IMG/VR virus record: IMGVR_UViG_3300033996_001333 | Span: 3,389 to 67,388 of that record | Length of the DNA stretch: 64,000 nucleotides | Source of the DNA: a virus | Reading direction: 5' to 3' (one strand) | Shown: positions 8,429 to 17,449 of the stretch, one piece after another | Layout of the letters: every line of letters begins with the position of its first letter | How positions within the stretch are numbered: the stretch's first letter is position 1 | Notes under the pieces: model-generated | Told to the model about the DNA's origin: nothing | Database searches by the model: none | What the model saw: the letters and a program-made list of their open reading frames with translations, nothing else | Program-made: the position numbers and the translations under genes

Positions 8429-8797
8429 GTGAACCTTGAACTAAAGGCCCTTAGTCCTTCAGGAAAGAAAAAGGCCAAGAAACTAATGTTGGACCCCGTA
8501 GAAATACGAAACTACGGTGTATTTAACTGGGCAGATTTCAAAAGTTCAGAAGACTTCTACCGGTTTAAGGTGGAGTGGGACACACACCAGGTCATGCGGG
8601 AGATCTTGTCTGGTTTGAACACCGAAGAGGTCACCCCGAATCCGACGAGCGACGCGGGAATTAACTGGACGAACTTGTCCGAGTCTCAAGAGAAAGTATT
8701 TAAGAACTTTGCCTGCATCGTCCTTGACCTAAGGCAGAAAGTGGAAAACGCTGAAGAAGCGGCGAGAGGAGTTTCACGGAGGTTGGACCGAGTATGA
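8429..8797 (+). CDS. hypothetical protein
   Basis: 122 aa ORF. Confidence 0.45.
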   Translation: MNLELKALSPSGKKKAKKLMLDPVEIRNYGVFNWADFKSSEDFYRFKVEWDTHQVMREILSGLNTEEVTPNPTSDAGINWTNLSESQEKVFKNFACIVLDLRQKVENAEEAARGVSRRLDRV

Positions 8798-9029
8798 AGT
8801 TGTTGTTGCTGAGGGGCCAGACGGAAGAAGGTATATAGCCGAACAAATAGAGCTTTCGAACTCAGTTTGGGACTACGACAGAGAAAGTTGGTTAGTAACT
8901 GAGTTTGGTCCTAGAATTGGTTCCGATGTGTTGCCTTCAGATTGGTGGGACAAGGACGCCATAAACCACTGGGGACGTTCTCAAACTTACGACAATCTTG
9001 ATGCGTTTGCCATACTAGCATCCCACTAA
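8733..9029 (+). CDS. coding-like ORF without a canonical start; possible +1-frame continuation of 8429..8797
   Basis: Open frame YEVVVAEGPDGRRYIAEQIELSNSVWDYDRESW...DNLDAFAILASH* with no ATG or GTG. It overlaps the previous ORF in another frame. Confidence 0.3.
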   Translation, partial: GRKWKTLKKRREEFHGGWTEYEVVVAEGPDGRRYIAEQIELSNSVWDYDRESWLVTEFGPRIGSDVLPSDWWDKDAINHWGRSQTYDNLDAFAILASH

Positions 9030-9083
9030 GACTCCGACACGTTAACCCATCAGAACCAGGCAGGGGCCTAAATCAGTAGGAAA

Positions 9084-9779
9084 ATGAAGATCCAATCAAA
9101 ATTCAAGGACTACTACGACTATGTGGAGTATTTGTACTCTCAAGAAGGTGGTGACCCCTCGAACACTTACGTTCGCAAAGAGCTGTCACAGCCTGACCAA
9201 CCGGACTCTTCGAATGTGTACGTAAACGTCAACGAAACCGAACGCATACCAGAAGTACCCACCAGAAGAGACTACTACGGGGAGATCCTTCCGTGGGCGT
9301 TTAAGTGGTGCTCAGTTTGCGGAGAGCTGTACCTTCTTGTCTCAAAGATAAGTTTTACTCCTGATTGGAGACTAATTACAGAAGACCACCCCTCTCTGCG
9401 CATGGTACACAGCAGCCACCGAAGATGGTTCGAAGAAATTAGGATGGACGAAATATGGGGAGTTCCGAACAAAAGTTGTGTCGATATCTCAAGACAACTT
9501 CAGGTTCCCGTATTCGTGATAGAGCCCACTCCGAGGTTCAGCGGACTCAAAAAGTCGCCTCAAGTGGCCGTAAGTCGCGAGATCCCAATCCTTGGGAAGT
9601 TGGGATTCGCCTCAGCAATTCCGGCTGAGCAAATGTACCAAAATATATCAATGTTTATGGCCTCGCTGAGGGATAGCCCAGACAGTGTTCCGCCTGTGAG
9701 TGTATCGGACAAGGATCGACTCGTGCAGAAGGGGTTTGACGCTAAGATATCTTTTCGAGGAAAGTTCCCCCGTGCATAG
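9084..9779 (+). CDS. hypothetical protein
   Basis: 231 aa ORF. Confidence 0.5.
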   Translation: MKIQSKFKDYYDYVEYLYSQEGGDPSNTYVRKELSQPDQPDSSNVYVNVNETERIPEVPTRRDYYGEILPWAFKWCSVCGELYLLVSKISFTPDWRLITEDHPSLRMVHSSHRRWFEEIRMDEIWGVPNKSCVDISRQLQVPVFVIEPTPRFSGLKKSPQVAVSREIPILGKLGFASAIPAEQMYQNISMFMASLRDSPDSVPPVSVSDKDRLVQKGFDAKISFRGKFPRA

Positions 9780-9868
9780 CCCTTGCCCATGGTGCGAGAC
9801 TCTAACCCTTACCTTGGGTCTTATATCCACCCAAGCAAGCCCGCTCAAACAAGAACCATACAAGGAAA

Positions 9869-10730
9869 AATGACAACTTTCGACAAATGCCTCGGAGCCT
9901 TTATTGGCCTTGCGATCGGTGACGCGATGGGTGCGCCAGTGGAGTTCTCTCCACCGGGGACCTTTGAGACCGTCACAGGTTACCGAGCAGGGGGGCCCTT
10001 TAATCTGCCGTCAGGCTACTGGACGGACGACACATCGCAGGCTGTTTGCCTTGCCGAGTCTTTTATTCATTGCAATGGGCAGATCAATCTTGGAGACCAA
10101 ATGCGTCGGTACTCCAACTGGTACGAGTACGGAAGGAACAGCTCAACAGGTGTCTGTTTTGACATCGGCAATGGAACACTTCGTGCAATTGAGACTTTTC
10201 TCGTTGAGGGGTCTTTGAGTCTCTATCCGGAGAATTCGAAAGGAAACGGGTCTTTGATGCGTTTATCCCCCGTTTCTATTGTGTACCACAAGTCAAGTGA
10301 GCAGGACGCTGTAGCAGCGTGTGACGCGTCATCATCAACAACCCATGGCCACTTGGCATCCGACCTATGCAAAGATCTCGGTCGTTTGCTGCACCAATAC
10401 TTAAATGGCACGGGGGGAAAACCTGAAGTCTCGCCGGAGGGAATTGAAAATTCCGGGTACGCACCGAAGTCCTTAAACGCCGCACTCTACCACTTTGGGT
10501 CAACTTCGTCCTTTGAAGAGGCCATCCTGCAGGCTGTGAACTACGGGGACGACTCAGACACGGTTGCTGCGATTACGGGGCAGCTAGCAGGTGCTTACTA
10601 CGGTTACAAGGCTATTCCTAAGCGATGGGTTTCGGGGTTGCACGACAGCGAAAGACTTTTGCTCATAGCGAGCACTTTGTACGACCTTTCGTTTGGGACG
10701 GTTTCCCCCCTTGTTTCTACTCTGAAATAA
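9869..10730 (+). CDS. ADP-ribosylglycohydrolase (ARH/DraG family)
   Basis: GAFIGLAIGDAMGAPVEF, YWTDDTSQ, GNGSLMRLSPV and YGDDSDTVAAITGQLAGAYYG are ARH family signatures. Start taken at MTTFDK. Confidence 0.75.
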
Positions 10731-10738
10731 CGTATAAT
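10695..10738 (+). promoter_or_regulatory. intergenic element copy 4
   Basis: GGGACGGTTTCCCCCCTTGTTTCTACTCTGAAATAACGTATAAT. Overlaps the 3' end of the ARH gene. Confidence 0.5.
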
Positions 10739-10766
10739 ACCCTTACTTAAGCTCTCGAAACCGCAA

Positions 10767-11138
10767 ATGCATTTCTACGCGATCACACGCCGCGACCTTG
10801 ACCCTGCTCAGCAAGCTATTCAGGCGGCTCACGCACAAGTCGAGTTTGCGAGAGTACACCCTGATTCTTTAGCCCAAGACCACCCACCTTTCGTATGGCT
10901 ATCGGCTGAGAACAAGTGGGAGCTTTTGCAACTCTCGTGTGTTCTTCGGAGTTACGGACTCTCGGTGGTAGAATTTCACGATCCGGACTACAAGGGGTTT
11001 GACCCCAGTGCCCTAGCGTGCCTGGTCGACGAAGACCACCGTTATTTGCTCTCTGAGTTCCCTTTATGGGTTCCGTTCAGGACGCAGTGGTATAACTTTT
11101 CGGTGCCCGACCGCTTGGTGAACCACGCGGAGGGGTAA
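10767..11138 (+). CDS. hypothetical protein
   Basis: 123 aa ORF between the ARH and ART-like genes. Confidence 0.45.
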   Translation: MHFYAITRRDLDPAQQAIQAAHAQVEFARVHPDSLAQDHPPFVWLSAENKWELLQLSCVLRSYGLSVVEFHDPDYKGFDPSALACLVDEDHRYLLSEFPLWVPFRTQWYNFSVPDRLVNHAEG

Positions 11139-11147
11139 AGTACCTTA

Positions 11148-12368
11148 GTGCTTAGTTCGGTTGTACGAATGTACGGAGAAATTTCCCCCGATACCCTAGC
11201 GTTAATACACGACTTCACACGTTGTGTGAAACCGGACGGCGGGGTGTATGGTACAGCAGGACAGTGCCGCAAGGGGGTGGAGTCCGCAAAGGAAACTCGC
11301 AGCATTCGAAGAGAATCTGTTCTCAAGAATGTCAAGATTTACGAAAAGAATGACCCTGACGCTCTAAACAAGAATCTAAGGACTCTTGAGAGGATGTTCT
11401 TATCAAAGCCAGGGTACCGCACACCTCTCACAGAGAGTGCCCTCACCGCAATGCGATACCTTCGCCTAAAGTCCCACTTGGAGAAGAAGGCAGAGCAAAC
11501 ACAACAAAAGGGAGCCCTTCAGGATCAATACGAAGAATTAGTGAGAAACTCACCGAAGTACACGCAAACACCAGGATCGAGCAAACCTTTACCGAAAGCC
11601 TCGGTTGAGAAAGAGGTTGAGCTTCTCGAAAAGGAACTTGAAGCACTGAAGAAAAGAGTCCGAGTAATAGGGGAGCCTACCGACGACGTGTCAAGAGAGA
11701 AGCTTTTACACCTGCAAAAGGAAGGTATGGAGCTCGGTCGAACACTTTCGAGTGCTCGCAAGGGCACCTTGTTACCGCCGATTCTCACTTCTGTGTACGA
11801 ACGGCAAGGGTTCAATGCTCGACCGGAGGTTGTTGCAACGCGATCGGGACTGGAATCAAGAAAGGATATAGCCAGGAACCCTGACGGAAGACCAATTGTA
11901 GCTTATCGCGGTATAAGTTCAAATGAGTTTTCATTGCAGTTCAAAGGTGGTGGTCCCGAAGGAGACAAGCATTTTCCTGGTGGCGGAATTTATGGGAATG
12001 GGAGCTATTCTGCTTCTGCCCCTTTGTCTGGCAAGGTTAAGCATGATAAGTGGGCTCAAGACACGGCGAAGGACTACACGGGTGAAAGTGGGGATAAGTC
12101 AATAAGGGTTTCAGCCTTTGCATTCCGGTCTGACGCTCTACTCGTACAGTTTGAGGGGGACGGGAAGCAGTTTAAGCAGTGGGAAGGAGAGACCCTGCAG
12201 AAAGCAAGAGAGATTACGGGGTACGACCATCACGATGTGGGGTCAGCCGCTGCATCTCTGGGAATACATGCGTATAGAGTTCCACAGACCGATGGCCAAG
12301 ACTTCTGGGTTGTACTTAATCGGGGAGCAATTATCGTCGCAAACGACCCCGAATTAACACCGGACTAA
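11148..12368 (+). CDS. putative ADP-ribosyltransferase (Alt/Mod-like R-S-ExE candidate)
   Basis: The C-terminal half has AYRG (Arg), GSYSAS (STS-like) and QWEGE (ExE-like). The N-terminal half is coiled-coil. Confidence 0.4.
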   Translation: MLSSVVRMYGEISPDTLALIHDFTRCVKPDGGVYGTAGQCRKGVESAKETRSIRRESVLKNVKIYEKNDPDALNKNLRTLERMFLSKPGYRTPLTESALTAMRYLRLKSHLEKKAEQTQQKGALQDQYEELVRNSPKYTQTPGSSKPLPKASVEKEVELLEKELEALKKRVRVIGEPTDDVSREKLLHLQKEGMELGRTLSSARKGTLLPPILTSVYERQGFNARPEVVATRSGLESRKDIARNPDGRPIVAYRGISSNEFSLQFKGGGPEGDKHFPGGGIYGNGSYSASAPLSGKVKHDKWAQDTAKDYTGESGDKSIRVSAFAFRSDALLVQFEGDGKQFKQWEGETLQKAREITGYDHHDVGSAAASLGIHAYRVPQTDGQDFWVVLNRGAIIVANDPELTPD

Positions 12369-12369
12369 A

Positions 12370-12525
12370 ATGAACATCAACAACCCCACCACCAGTCGCA
12401 CTCTCGCGGCACTCATCCAGAACATTGCAGCGGATTCCCGCGAGCAGTTTCGACAGGATGCCGCCAAGGCCCCAGACATGAAAACCTTTCTGAAAGGGTT
12501 GAACCGATACAAATCAACTCTGTGA
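12370..12525 (+). CDS. small hypothetical protein (51 aa)
   Basis: ATG immediately after the upstream stop. Below the track size cutoff. Confidence 0.35.
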   Translation: MNINNPTTSRTLAALIQNIAADSREQFRQDAAKAPDMKTFLKGLNRYKSTL

Positions 12526-12913
12526 GACTTTCTTGCGGTGAGACTGCTTATGGCGAAGCAATGGAAAAGCTTTTCACAGCCCAGTGGAACATTCCTCAAG
12601 CAGCCGCTGCACTCGGAAAGCCAGCGAGCGAGGAAAGCTGGGAAGAAACGAAAGAATTATTCCGTGAGTATTGCTTGGAACACCCACCTATCGCCTTCAA
12701 CGCCGGGTAGTTTACCAACTCGAGAAAGCGATATACTGTGAAAGTCCTGAGACGTAAATACGTCGCCCGTTATGAGTGGGTTCCCTGTCTTCGCAGACAA
12801 GGTAGGACTCGGAGCCTAACATTGCGCTCTTAAATCAACTGTGCCGTGGGAAAACGCACCTTGAAACAGGTGAGTGACCGTTTCCTATACGGATGCCGAA
12901 TTCTCTTCAATAA

Positions 12914-13552
12914 ATGCTCAACCTTGCTACACTTGTGGCCGTCTCCCTCGTTGGAACTGCTGCAACCCCCTTCAGCAACACCGTTGCCGCTAGGGACATT
13001 GCCCCAGAAACAACTTTCGAATCGCGCTTCATTTGCACAGGCTGCGGTCCAATCAATTCTCTGCCAACTCTCGCTTACAAGCTCACACCAGAGCGTAGAG
13101 CCCTGTTAAACACCATTCGCTTCGCTGAAGGAACCTGGAAAGAAGGCCATAGTGATGGCTACCGGGTTGTATTTGGGGGTGGAACGGTGTCCACGCTAGA
13201 CAGACATCCAAATCAAGTACGTTACTCGCTGCGTTATGCTAGCGCAGCGGCAGGTGCCTACCAGTTCATGCCCGCCACTTGGCGAGAGGCGTCCATCAAA
13301 CTAGGTCTCAACGACTTCGGGCCAGCCAGCCAGGACCAGGCTGCTCTTTATTTGATTGACAGGCGCAACGCTCTCGGTCTAGTTGACGCGGGACGAATCA
13401 CTCCGACACTAGTATCAAAGCTCGCACCAGAATGGGCTTCCCTTCCAACTTACAATGGAAGCAGTTACTACGATCAGCCGGTCAAAACCTACGACAACCT
13501 TCGCCTCTTCTACGAAAACAACTTGGCGATGCTGCGCCAGGAGGAAGGTTGA
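12914..13552 (+). CDS. lambda R-type lytic transglycosylase endolysin with N-terminal signal/SAR segment
   Basis: AEGT, GYRVVFGGG, DRHP, AAGAYQFMPATW, LGLNDFGPASQDQAALYLIDRRNAL and WASLP align to lambda R (SEGT, GYDVIVGGE, SDHP, GAGRYQLLSRWW, LGLKDFSPKSQDAVALQQIKERGAL, WASLP). N-terminal hydrophobic MLNLATLVAVSLVGTAA. Confidence 0.75.
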   Translation: MLNLATLVAVSLVGTAATPFSNTVAARDIAPETTFESRFICTGCGPINSLPTLAYKLTPERRALLNTIRFAEGTWKEGHSDGYRVVFGGGTVSTLDRHPNQVRYSLRYASAAAGAYQFMPATWREASIKLGLNDFGPASQDQAALYLIDRRNALGLVDAGRITPTLVSKLAPEWASLPTYNGSSYYDQPVKTYDNLRLFYENNLAMLRQEEG

Positions 13553-13671
13553 TGGGCGGTTTCCCGAACTTTACCTTAGGCTCTTTACGAGTTATACTGG
13601 GGTCCAGCCCGAAACGGCTTCAGCTAGGAACACCTTCGCTGGGCCAACGGGCACTGAGCCGTGGTTGCGCA

Positions 13672-14061
13672 ATGCAACAAACACGGATGTTCAACTCTAC
13701 TTTATCCATGCGTCTTACAAGACTCGCTTCATTCTTCCTCGCTGCCGGACTTCTTTCCGGAGCCCCCGCTCAAGCCAAGCAGTGCGGTCAAGCCAGCTGG
13801 TACGGTCCAGGACTGTACGGAAACAAAACTGCCAACGGCGAGACCTACCGTCCTGGGACAATGACTGCTGCTCACCCCTACCTCCCCCTCGGGTCTTGGG
13901 TGCGAGTTGTCAATCGCGACAACGGTCTTATTGCCGACGTTCGCATTAACGACCGGGGACCGTTCGTTGGTGGACGAATCATCGACTTGGGACACGGATC
14001 TGCTCAACGCCTTCGAGTAACTGAGAGTGGACTCGCTAACGTTTGCATCACTCGCATTTAG
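13672..14061 (+). CDS. RlpA-like double-psi beta-barrel protein (secreted)
   Basis: GQASWYGPGLYGNKTANGETY...GSWVRVVNRDNG...VRINDRGPFVGGRIIDL is an RlpA/DPBB signature. Signal peptide present. Internal start of track ORF 13432. Confidence 0.65.
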   Translation: MQQTRMFNSTLSMRLTRLASFFLAAGLLSGAPAQAKQCGQASWYGPGLYGNKTANGETYRPGTMTAAHPYLPLGSWVRVVNRDNGLIADVRINDRGPFVGGRIIDLGHGSAQRLRVTESGLANVCITRI

Positions 14062-14068
14062 CCCCTTC

Positions 14069-14100
14069 GGGTGATGACCCTGGTTATCACCCTTTTCCTT
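14069..14100 (+). terminator. rho-independent terminator
   Basis: GGGTGATGACCCTGGTTATCACCC hairpin followed by TTTTCCTT. Confidence 0.55.
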
Positions 14101-14102
14101 AG

Positions 14103-14381
14103 TTGTCTTTCCCAATGATCTTCTACGATTCAGCCACCGCTCAACGATTTGGGACTCAATTGTGCGAAGCACGGCTTTCTCAGGGATGGTCCAAGCAGGA
14201 CATTGCGTTTGCCGCACAAATACCCGTAGAACTTCTTCGAAAGATTGAGCGTGGCTCCGAGGTAGACGTGGGATTTGTGGCAGATGTTGCAAAAGTGCTT
14301 GGGATTGTATTCACAATACTGCCTTTCCGTTCAACACCGTTTTTTACCGTCGAATGTAATTCTCTTGAGGTTAATCCATGA
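14103..14381 (+). CDS. XRE-family HTH protein
   Basis: LSQGWSKQDIAFAAQIPVELLRKIERG is HTH-like. Confidence 0.5.
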   Translation: MSFPMIFYDSATAQRFGTQLCEARLSQGWSKQDIAFAAQIPVELLRKIERGSEVDVGFVADVAKVLGIVFTILPFRSTPFFTVECNSLEVNP

Positions 14382-14623
14382 AAATGTTACAGCTTAAGCA
14401 GAAAGAACCCAACGGCTTCACCCTCTTAGAACTCGTAATTTGCGTCTCCATCACTCTCATACTCCTTTCTATTTCATCGAGTTTACTCTTTGGTAAAAGT
14501 CCGTACAGAATGAGTGACTGTGTTCGATCCGGGGGAAACTGGACCGAAGGCACGGAGAACGGCAGCCCTCTCGCTCTTTGCACTTATGGCCCTGGCCATG
14601 GCTCCACAAGTCCTGAGAACTAA
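14378..14623 (+). CDS. small membrane protein with prepilin-type N-terminal motif (alternatively holin/spanin-like)
   Basis: KEPNGFTLLELVICVSITLILLSI resembles the G/FTLIE class III signal of type IV pilins. Start overlaps the upstream stop (ATGA). Confidence 0.45.
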   Translation: MKMLQLKQKEPNGFTLLELVICVSITLILLSISSSLLFGKSPYRMSDCVRSGGNWTEGTENGSPLALCTYGPGHGSTSPEN

Positions 14624-14745
14624 CGCAACCACCGTAGTTGTAACTCTAAGAGGGTTAGCAAAGTTTTGCAAAGGTTCGCACCCTTACAACTACTTTCCGG
14701 GAATTGTAACCCGGTTCTGTACAGAAAACACACACAAAAACAAAC

Positions 14746-15312
14746 ATGACTTTTAAACTTATTGCCGCATTGGCAGTTGTCTCCTTCCTGTCAACTCCTG
14801 TAATGGCGTCCGAGGTTGGAAATTACGTCGGAGTTGGAGTGAATCTTAACCGCCAAGGCGTTGACGGTACTGAGTACACTTCGAATCGCACGGTCGCTGG
14901 TGTCGCAGTTCAGTCTCGGTTCCGTCTGAGCGAGCCATCCAAGGTATCCGCTTCTGTTCGCCCGTACTTTAACTTTGCGGCTGGACCGAACAGCCAAACT
15001 GGTACTGCCGCTGGTGTCCTTGGCACCGTTGATTTCTCCCTTACCGGACGCGAAGTTGCTGATTCGTATATGAGTGACACGAACCTTTACGTTGGTGTGG
15101 GGGGTCAATGGGCGTTGACAAACAACGGACAAGCCAATTACCAGACGAGCGTAGGCCAAGGTTCCCAGTTCCTCTTCGTTGCTGGTGTTGAGCGTTCCTT
15201 CTCGCCGTCCCTCGTCGGGTTCGCTGACGTGAAGTTCCCCACTCAAACGAATGGTGTTTCGGGGACGGCCTACGCACCTGTCGGCACCGTTGGCCTGGGA
15301 TTCAAGTTCTGA
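14746..15312 (+). CDS. outer-membrane beta-barrel protein (OmpA/OmpW-like)
   Basis: Signal peptide MTFKLIAALAVVSFLSTPVMA, alternating beta-strand pattern, C-terminal GLGFKF aromatic terminus. Confidence 0.55.
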   Translation: MTFKLIAALAVVSFLSTPVMASEVGNYVGVGVNLNRQGVDGTEYTSNRTVAGVAVQSRFRLSEPSKVSASVRPYFNFAAGPNSQTGTAAGVLGTVDFSLTGREVADSYMSDTNLYVGVGGQWALTNNGQANYQTSVGQGSQFLFVAGVERSFSPSLVGFADVKFPTQTNGVSGTAYAPVGTVGLGFKF

Positions 15313-15327
15313 TCCCCGTCTAATAAA

Positions 15328-15353
15328 AGGGAGGGTAACCCTCCCTCTTTCCT
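15328..15353 (+). terminator. rho-independent terminator
   Basis: AGGGAGGGTAACCCTCCCT followed by CTTTCCTT. Confidence 0.5.
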
Positions 15354-15366
15354 TCAAAACCACAAA

Positions 15367-15708
15367 ATGATCAACTTTCGACAGGACATAAAAGAACGAC
15401 TTGAGCGGTCTAAGTTGACAGAACTAGACCTTGAAGAAGCTTGTTGCAACTACGTTTATTTGCGGCTGGGTGTAAACCCTTGCATGTCACTTAAGCAGTA
15501 CTACGAGATGAAGGGAGTGTATGTAAACGACTACAGCGAGGATAGCGATGTCAATAAACCTCTTTGGGTGGAACAGATTCACCATGTCATGTCGTTTATA
15601 GAAATGACGCTGGCTGTTTCTGGCATGGTAAGCACTAAGGCGGACAGGCAAATAGACGAGATTTTTAGGGCGGCAGCAGAGGAACCCTCACGGGTTGCCC
15701 CCGATTAA
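15367..15708 (+). CDS. hypothetical protein
   Basis: 113 aa ORF. Confidence 0.45.
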   Translation: MINFRQDIKERLERSKLTELDLEEACCNYVYLRLGVNPCMSLKQYYEMKGVYVNDYSEDSDVNKPLWVEQIHHVMSFIEMTLAVSGMVSTKADRQIDEIFRAAAEEPSRVAPD

Positions 15709-15724
15709 ACATACGGTGGGTCAA

Positions 15725-15771
15725 GGGGACGGTTTCCCGCCCTTGTTTCTGCATCGCAGAAACGCTATATT
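15725..15771 (+). promoter_or_regulatory. intergenic element copy 5 (canonical)
   Basis: GGGGACGGTTTCCCGCCCTTGTTTCTGCATCGCAGAAACGCTATAT. Confidence 0.6.
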
Positions 15772-15794
15772 AAATCAGTTGAAGGACACCCGCA

Positions 15795-16163
15795 ATGACA
15801 AACCCGCAGTGGGACGACAAAGAGTACCGGGAAGCTTATATGGAAGCATCCATTGAGCAAGCGATTTCCTGGCAAGTAAAAATAAACAGGCAAAAGCGAG
15901 GTTTAACAAAACAACAACTTGCAGATAAGGCTGGAGTTAAAGTGGGAGTTATAGAGAGGTTAGAAGACCCCGAGATAAACGACCACAGCATCGATCTCCT
16001 GGTGAAAGTGGCCAAAGCTTTTGACTGTGCTCTGTCAATTAAACTAATTCCCTACGAGCAACTCGCGCAAGAAAGTCTCGATTTGTCCGAAGAGGCTCAG
16101 TATGCCCCACCCTTTCACACTCGCACCTACCCGTTAACCCACTCGCCGGAACAAACCCAATGA
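15795..16163 (+). CDS. XRE-family HTH protein
   Basis: RQKRGLTKQQLADKAGVKVGVIERLE is HTH-like. Confidence 0.5.
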   Translation: MTNPQWDDKEYREAYMEASIEQAISWQVKINRQKRGLTKQQLADKAGVKVGVIERLEDPEINDHSIDLLVKVAKAFDCALSIKLIPYEQLAQESLDLSEEAQYAPPFHTRTYPLTHSPEQTQ

Positions 16164-16426
16164 CACCCCTTAGAGACAGAATCCAAGTACTTACCAAGCA
16201 AAACCTCCAACAACTAATCGAAGACTACGAGCAGTTCGAGAGAGACGGGGCGATTGGAGACTGCTACCTTCGTTCAACTGCGAAAGAATTTGCAGAGTCT
16301 CTCGGGATACAGGTATCCGACGTGTTGTGGATGGATAGGGTCGCCTTCGAGGCATACCGTGAGCTTTTCTATCGAGTACTGCAGGACTTACCGTACGAGT
16401 GCAGCGGAAGTGGGTACAAGGTCTAG
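16160..16426 (+). CDS. hypothetical protein
   Basis: 88 aa. Overlaps the upstream stop. Confidence 0.45.
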   Translation: MTPLRDRIQVLTKQNLQQLIEDYEQFERDGAIGDCYLRSTAKEFAESLGIQVSDVLWMDRVAFEAYRELFYRVLQDLPYECSGSGYKV

Positions 16427-16440
16427 TTTTACCCCGTGCG

Positions 16441-16488
16441 CGGCGGGAAACCGTCCTTTACCCTCGCCCCTAAACAAGCTATAGTAAG
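16441..16488 (+). promoter_or_regulatory. intergenic element copy 6 (GC hairpin in inverted orientation)
   Basis: CGGCGGGAAACCGTCC...CTAAACAAGCTATAGT. Confidence 0.45.
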
Positions 16489-16507
16489 CTCACACCGTAA
16501 AACAACA

Positions 16508-17449
16508 ATGCACGTGACCGAAACTAAAGAGTATCAGAAAACAGAGCCGATTGAGGTTTACTCGAATCGCGACGGACAAAACCTGTACAAGATTTCAAAG
16601 ACCTCCTTTACGTTCAGTGCCGGTGAAAGGCAGGTCCGGTTGCACGACACTCCAACAAATTCGACTGACATTATCGTAGACGCAGACATACACAGCGGAG
16701 AAAGTTTCGCAGAACTTCTTCTGACTCTGTCGGCCATCAAAGACCTTCCTGTGCTGCGAAGTCTACAATTGGACATCCCGTACTTACCTTATAGCCGCCA
16801 AGACCGCCAGTGCGCTGAAGGGGAAGCGTTTTCGCTAAGAACTTTTGTAAAAGCTCTCGCCCCTTATCTTAAGGGAGTGTGCGACCGGGTGTACACATGG
16901 GACGTGCACAGCCACGTTGCAAATGAGCTCTTTCGAACCGAAATCGGCTGCGAGTTCAACAACCTACAACCCCAACTGTTTCTCCAGAAGTTCAAAGACC
17001 GGGGGCAAGAGTTTAGTGCTGAGACAATTGTGATTGCTCCGGATAAAGGTGCAGTCGAAAGAGCAACCCTCGTACAACAAACACTGGGGCTCCACTCTGT
17101 AGTGTACGCTACGAAAGTTCGCAACCCTGAAGACGGGCAAATCCTAAGGACGGAAGTTCCAGAAGACGTCAGTTACAAGGGCAAAAACCTTCTGATTGTG
17201 GACGACATCTGCGATGGCGGTCGCACCTTTATCGAACTCGCCAAGGTGCTACGTCAGTTCGACCCGTCTCGAATTGACCTCTATGTAACTCACGGAATTT
17301 TCTCCAAGGGTTTTAAGGTGTTTGGGAGCTTAATCGACAACTTTTTCGTTGCGAACTTGCTCCCGTATAAAGCCTTTTACCAAGAGTTACCCTCGTACTT
17401 GACCTACCTTCGTACCGAAAACTACCCCACCCCACGCAACCAACCATGA
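16508..17449 (+). CDS. ribose-phosphate pyrophosphokinase homolog (Prs-like, or ADP-ribose pyrophosphokinase Adps-like)
   Basis: IPYLPYSRQDRQ matches MPYxGYARQDR. LIVDDICDGGRT is the PRPP-binding loop. Stop overlaps the next ATG. Confidence 0.75.
   Translation: MHVTETKEYQKTEPIEVYSNRDGQNLYKISKTSFTFSAGERQVRLHDTPTNSTDIIVDADIHSGESFAELLLTLSAIKDLPVLRSLQLDIPYLPYSRQDRQCAEGEAFSLRTFVKALAPYLKGVCDRVYTWDVHSHVANELFRTEIGCEFNNLQPQLFLQKFKDRGQEFSAETIVIAPDKGAVERATLVQQTLGLHSVVYATKVRNPEDGQILRTEVPEDVSYKGKNLLIVDDICDGGRTFIELAKVLRQFDPSRIDLYVTHGIFSKGFKVFGSLIDNFFVANLLPYKAFYQELPSYLTYLRTENYPTPRNQP

Noticed and set aside
12538-12741. Overlapping small ORFs 12522..12710 and 12538..12741 as two genes.
   Set aside because: They occupy the same DNA in different frames. 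At most one is real, and neither has motifs or an upstream element. They are left unannotated apart from the better-supported 12370..12525.
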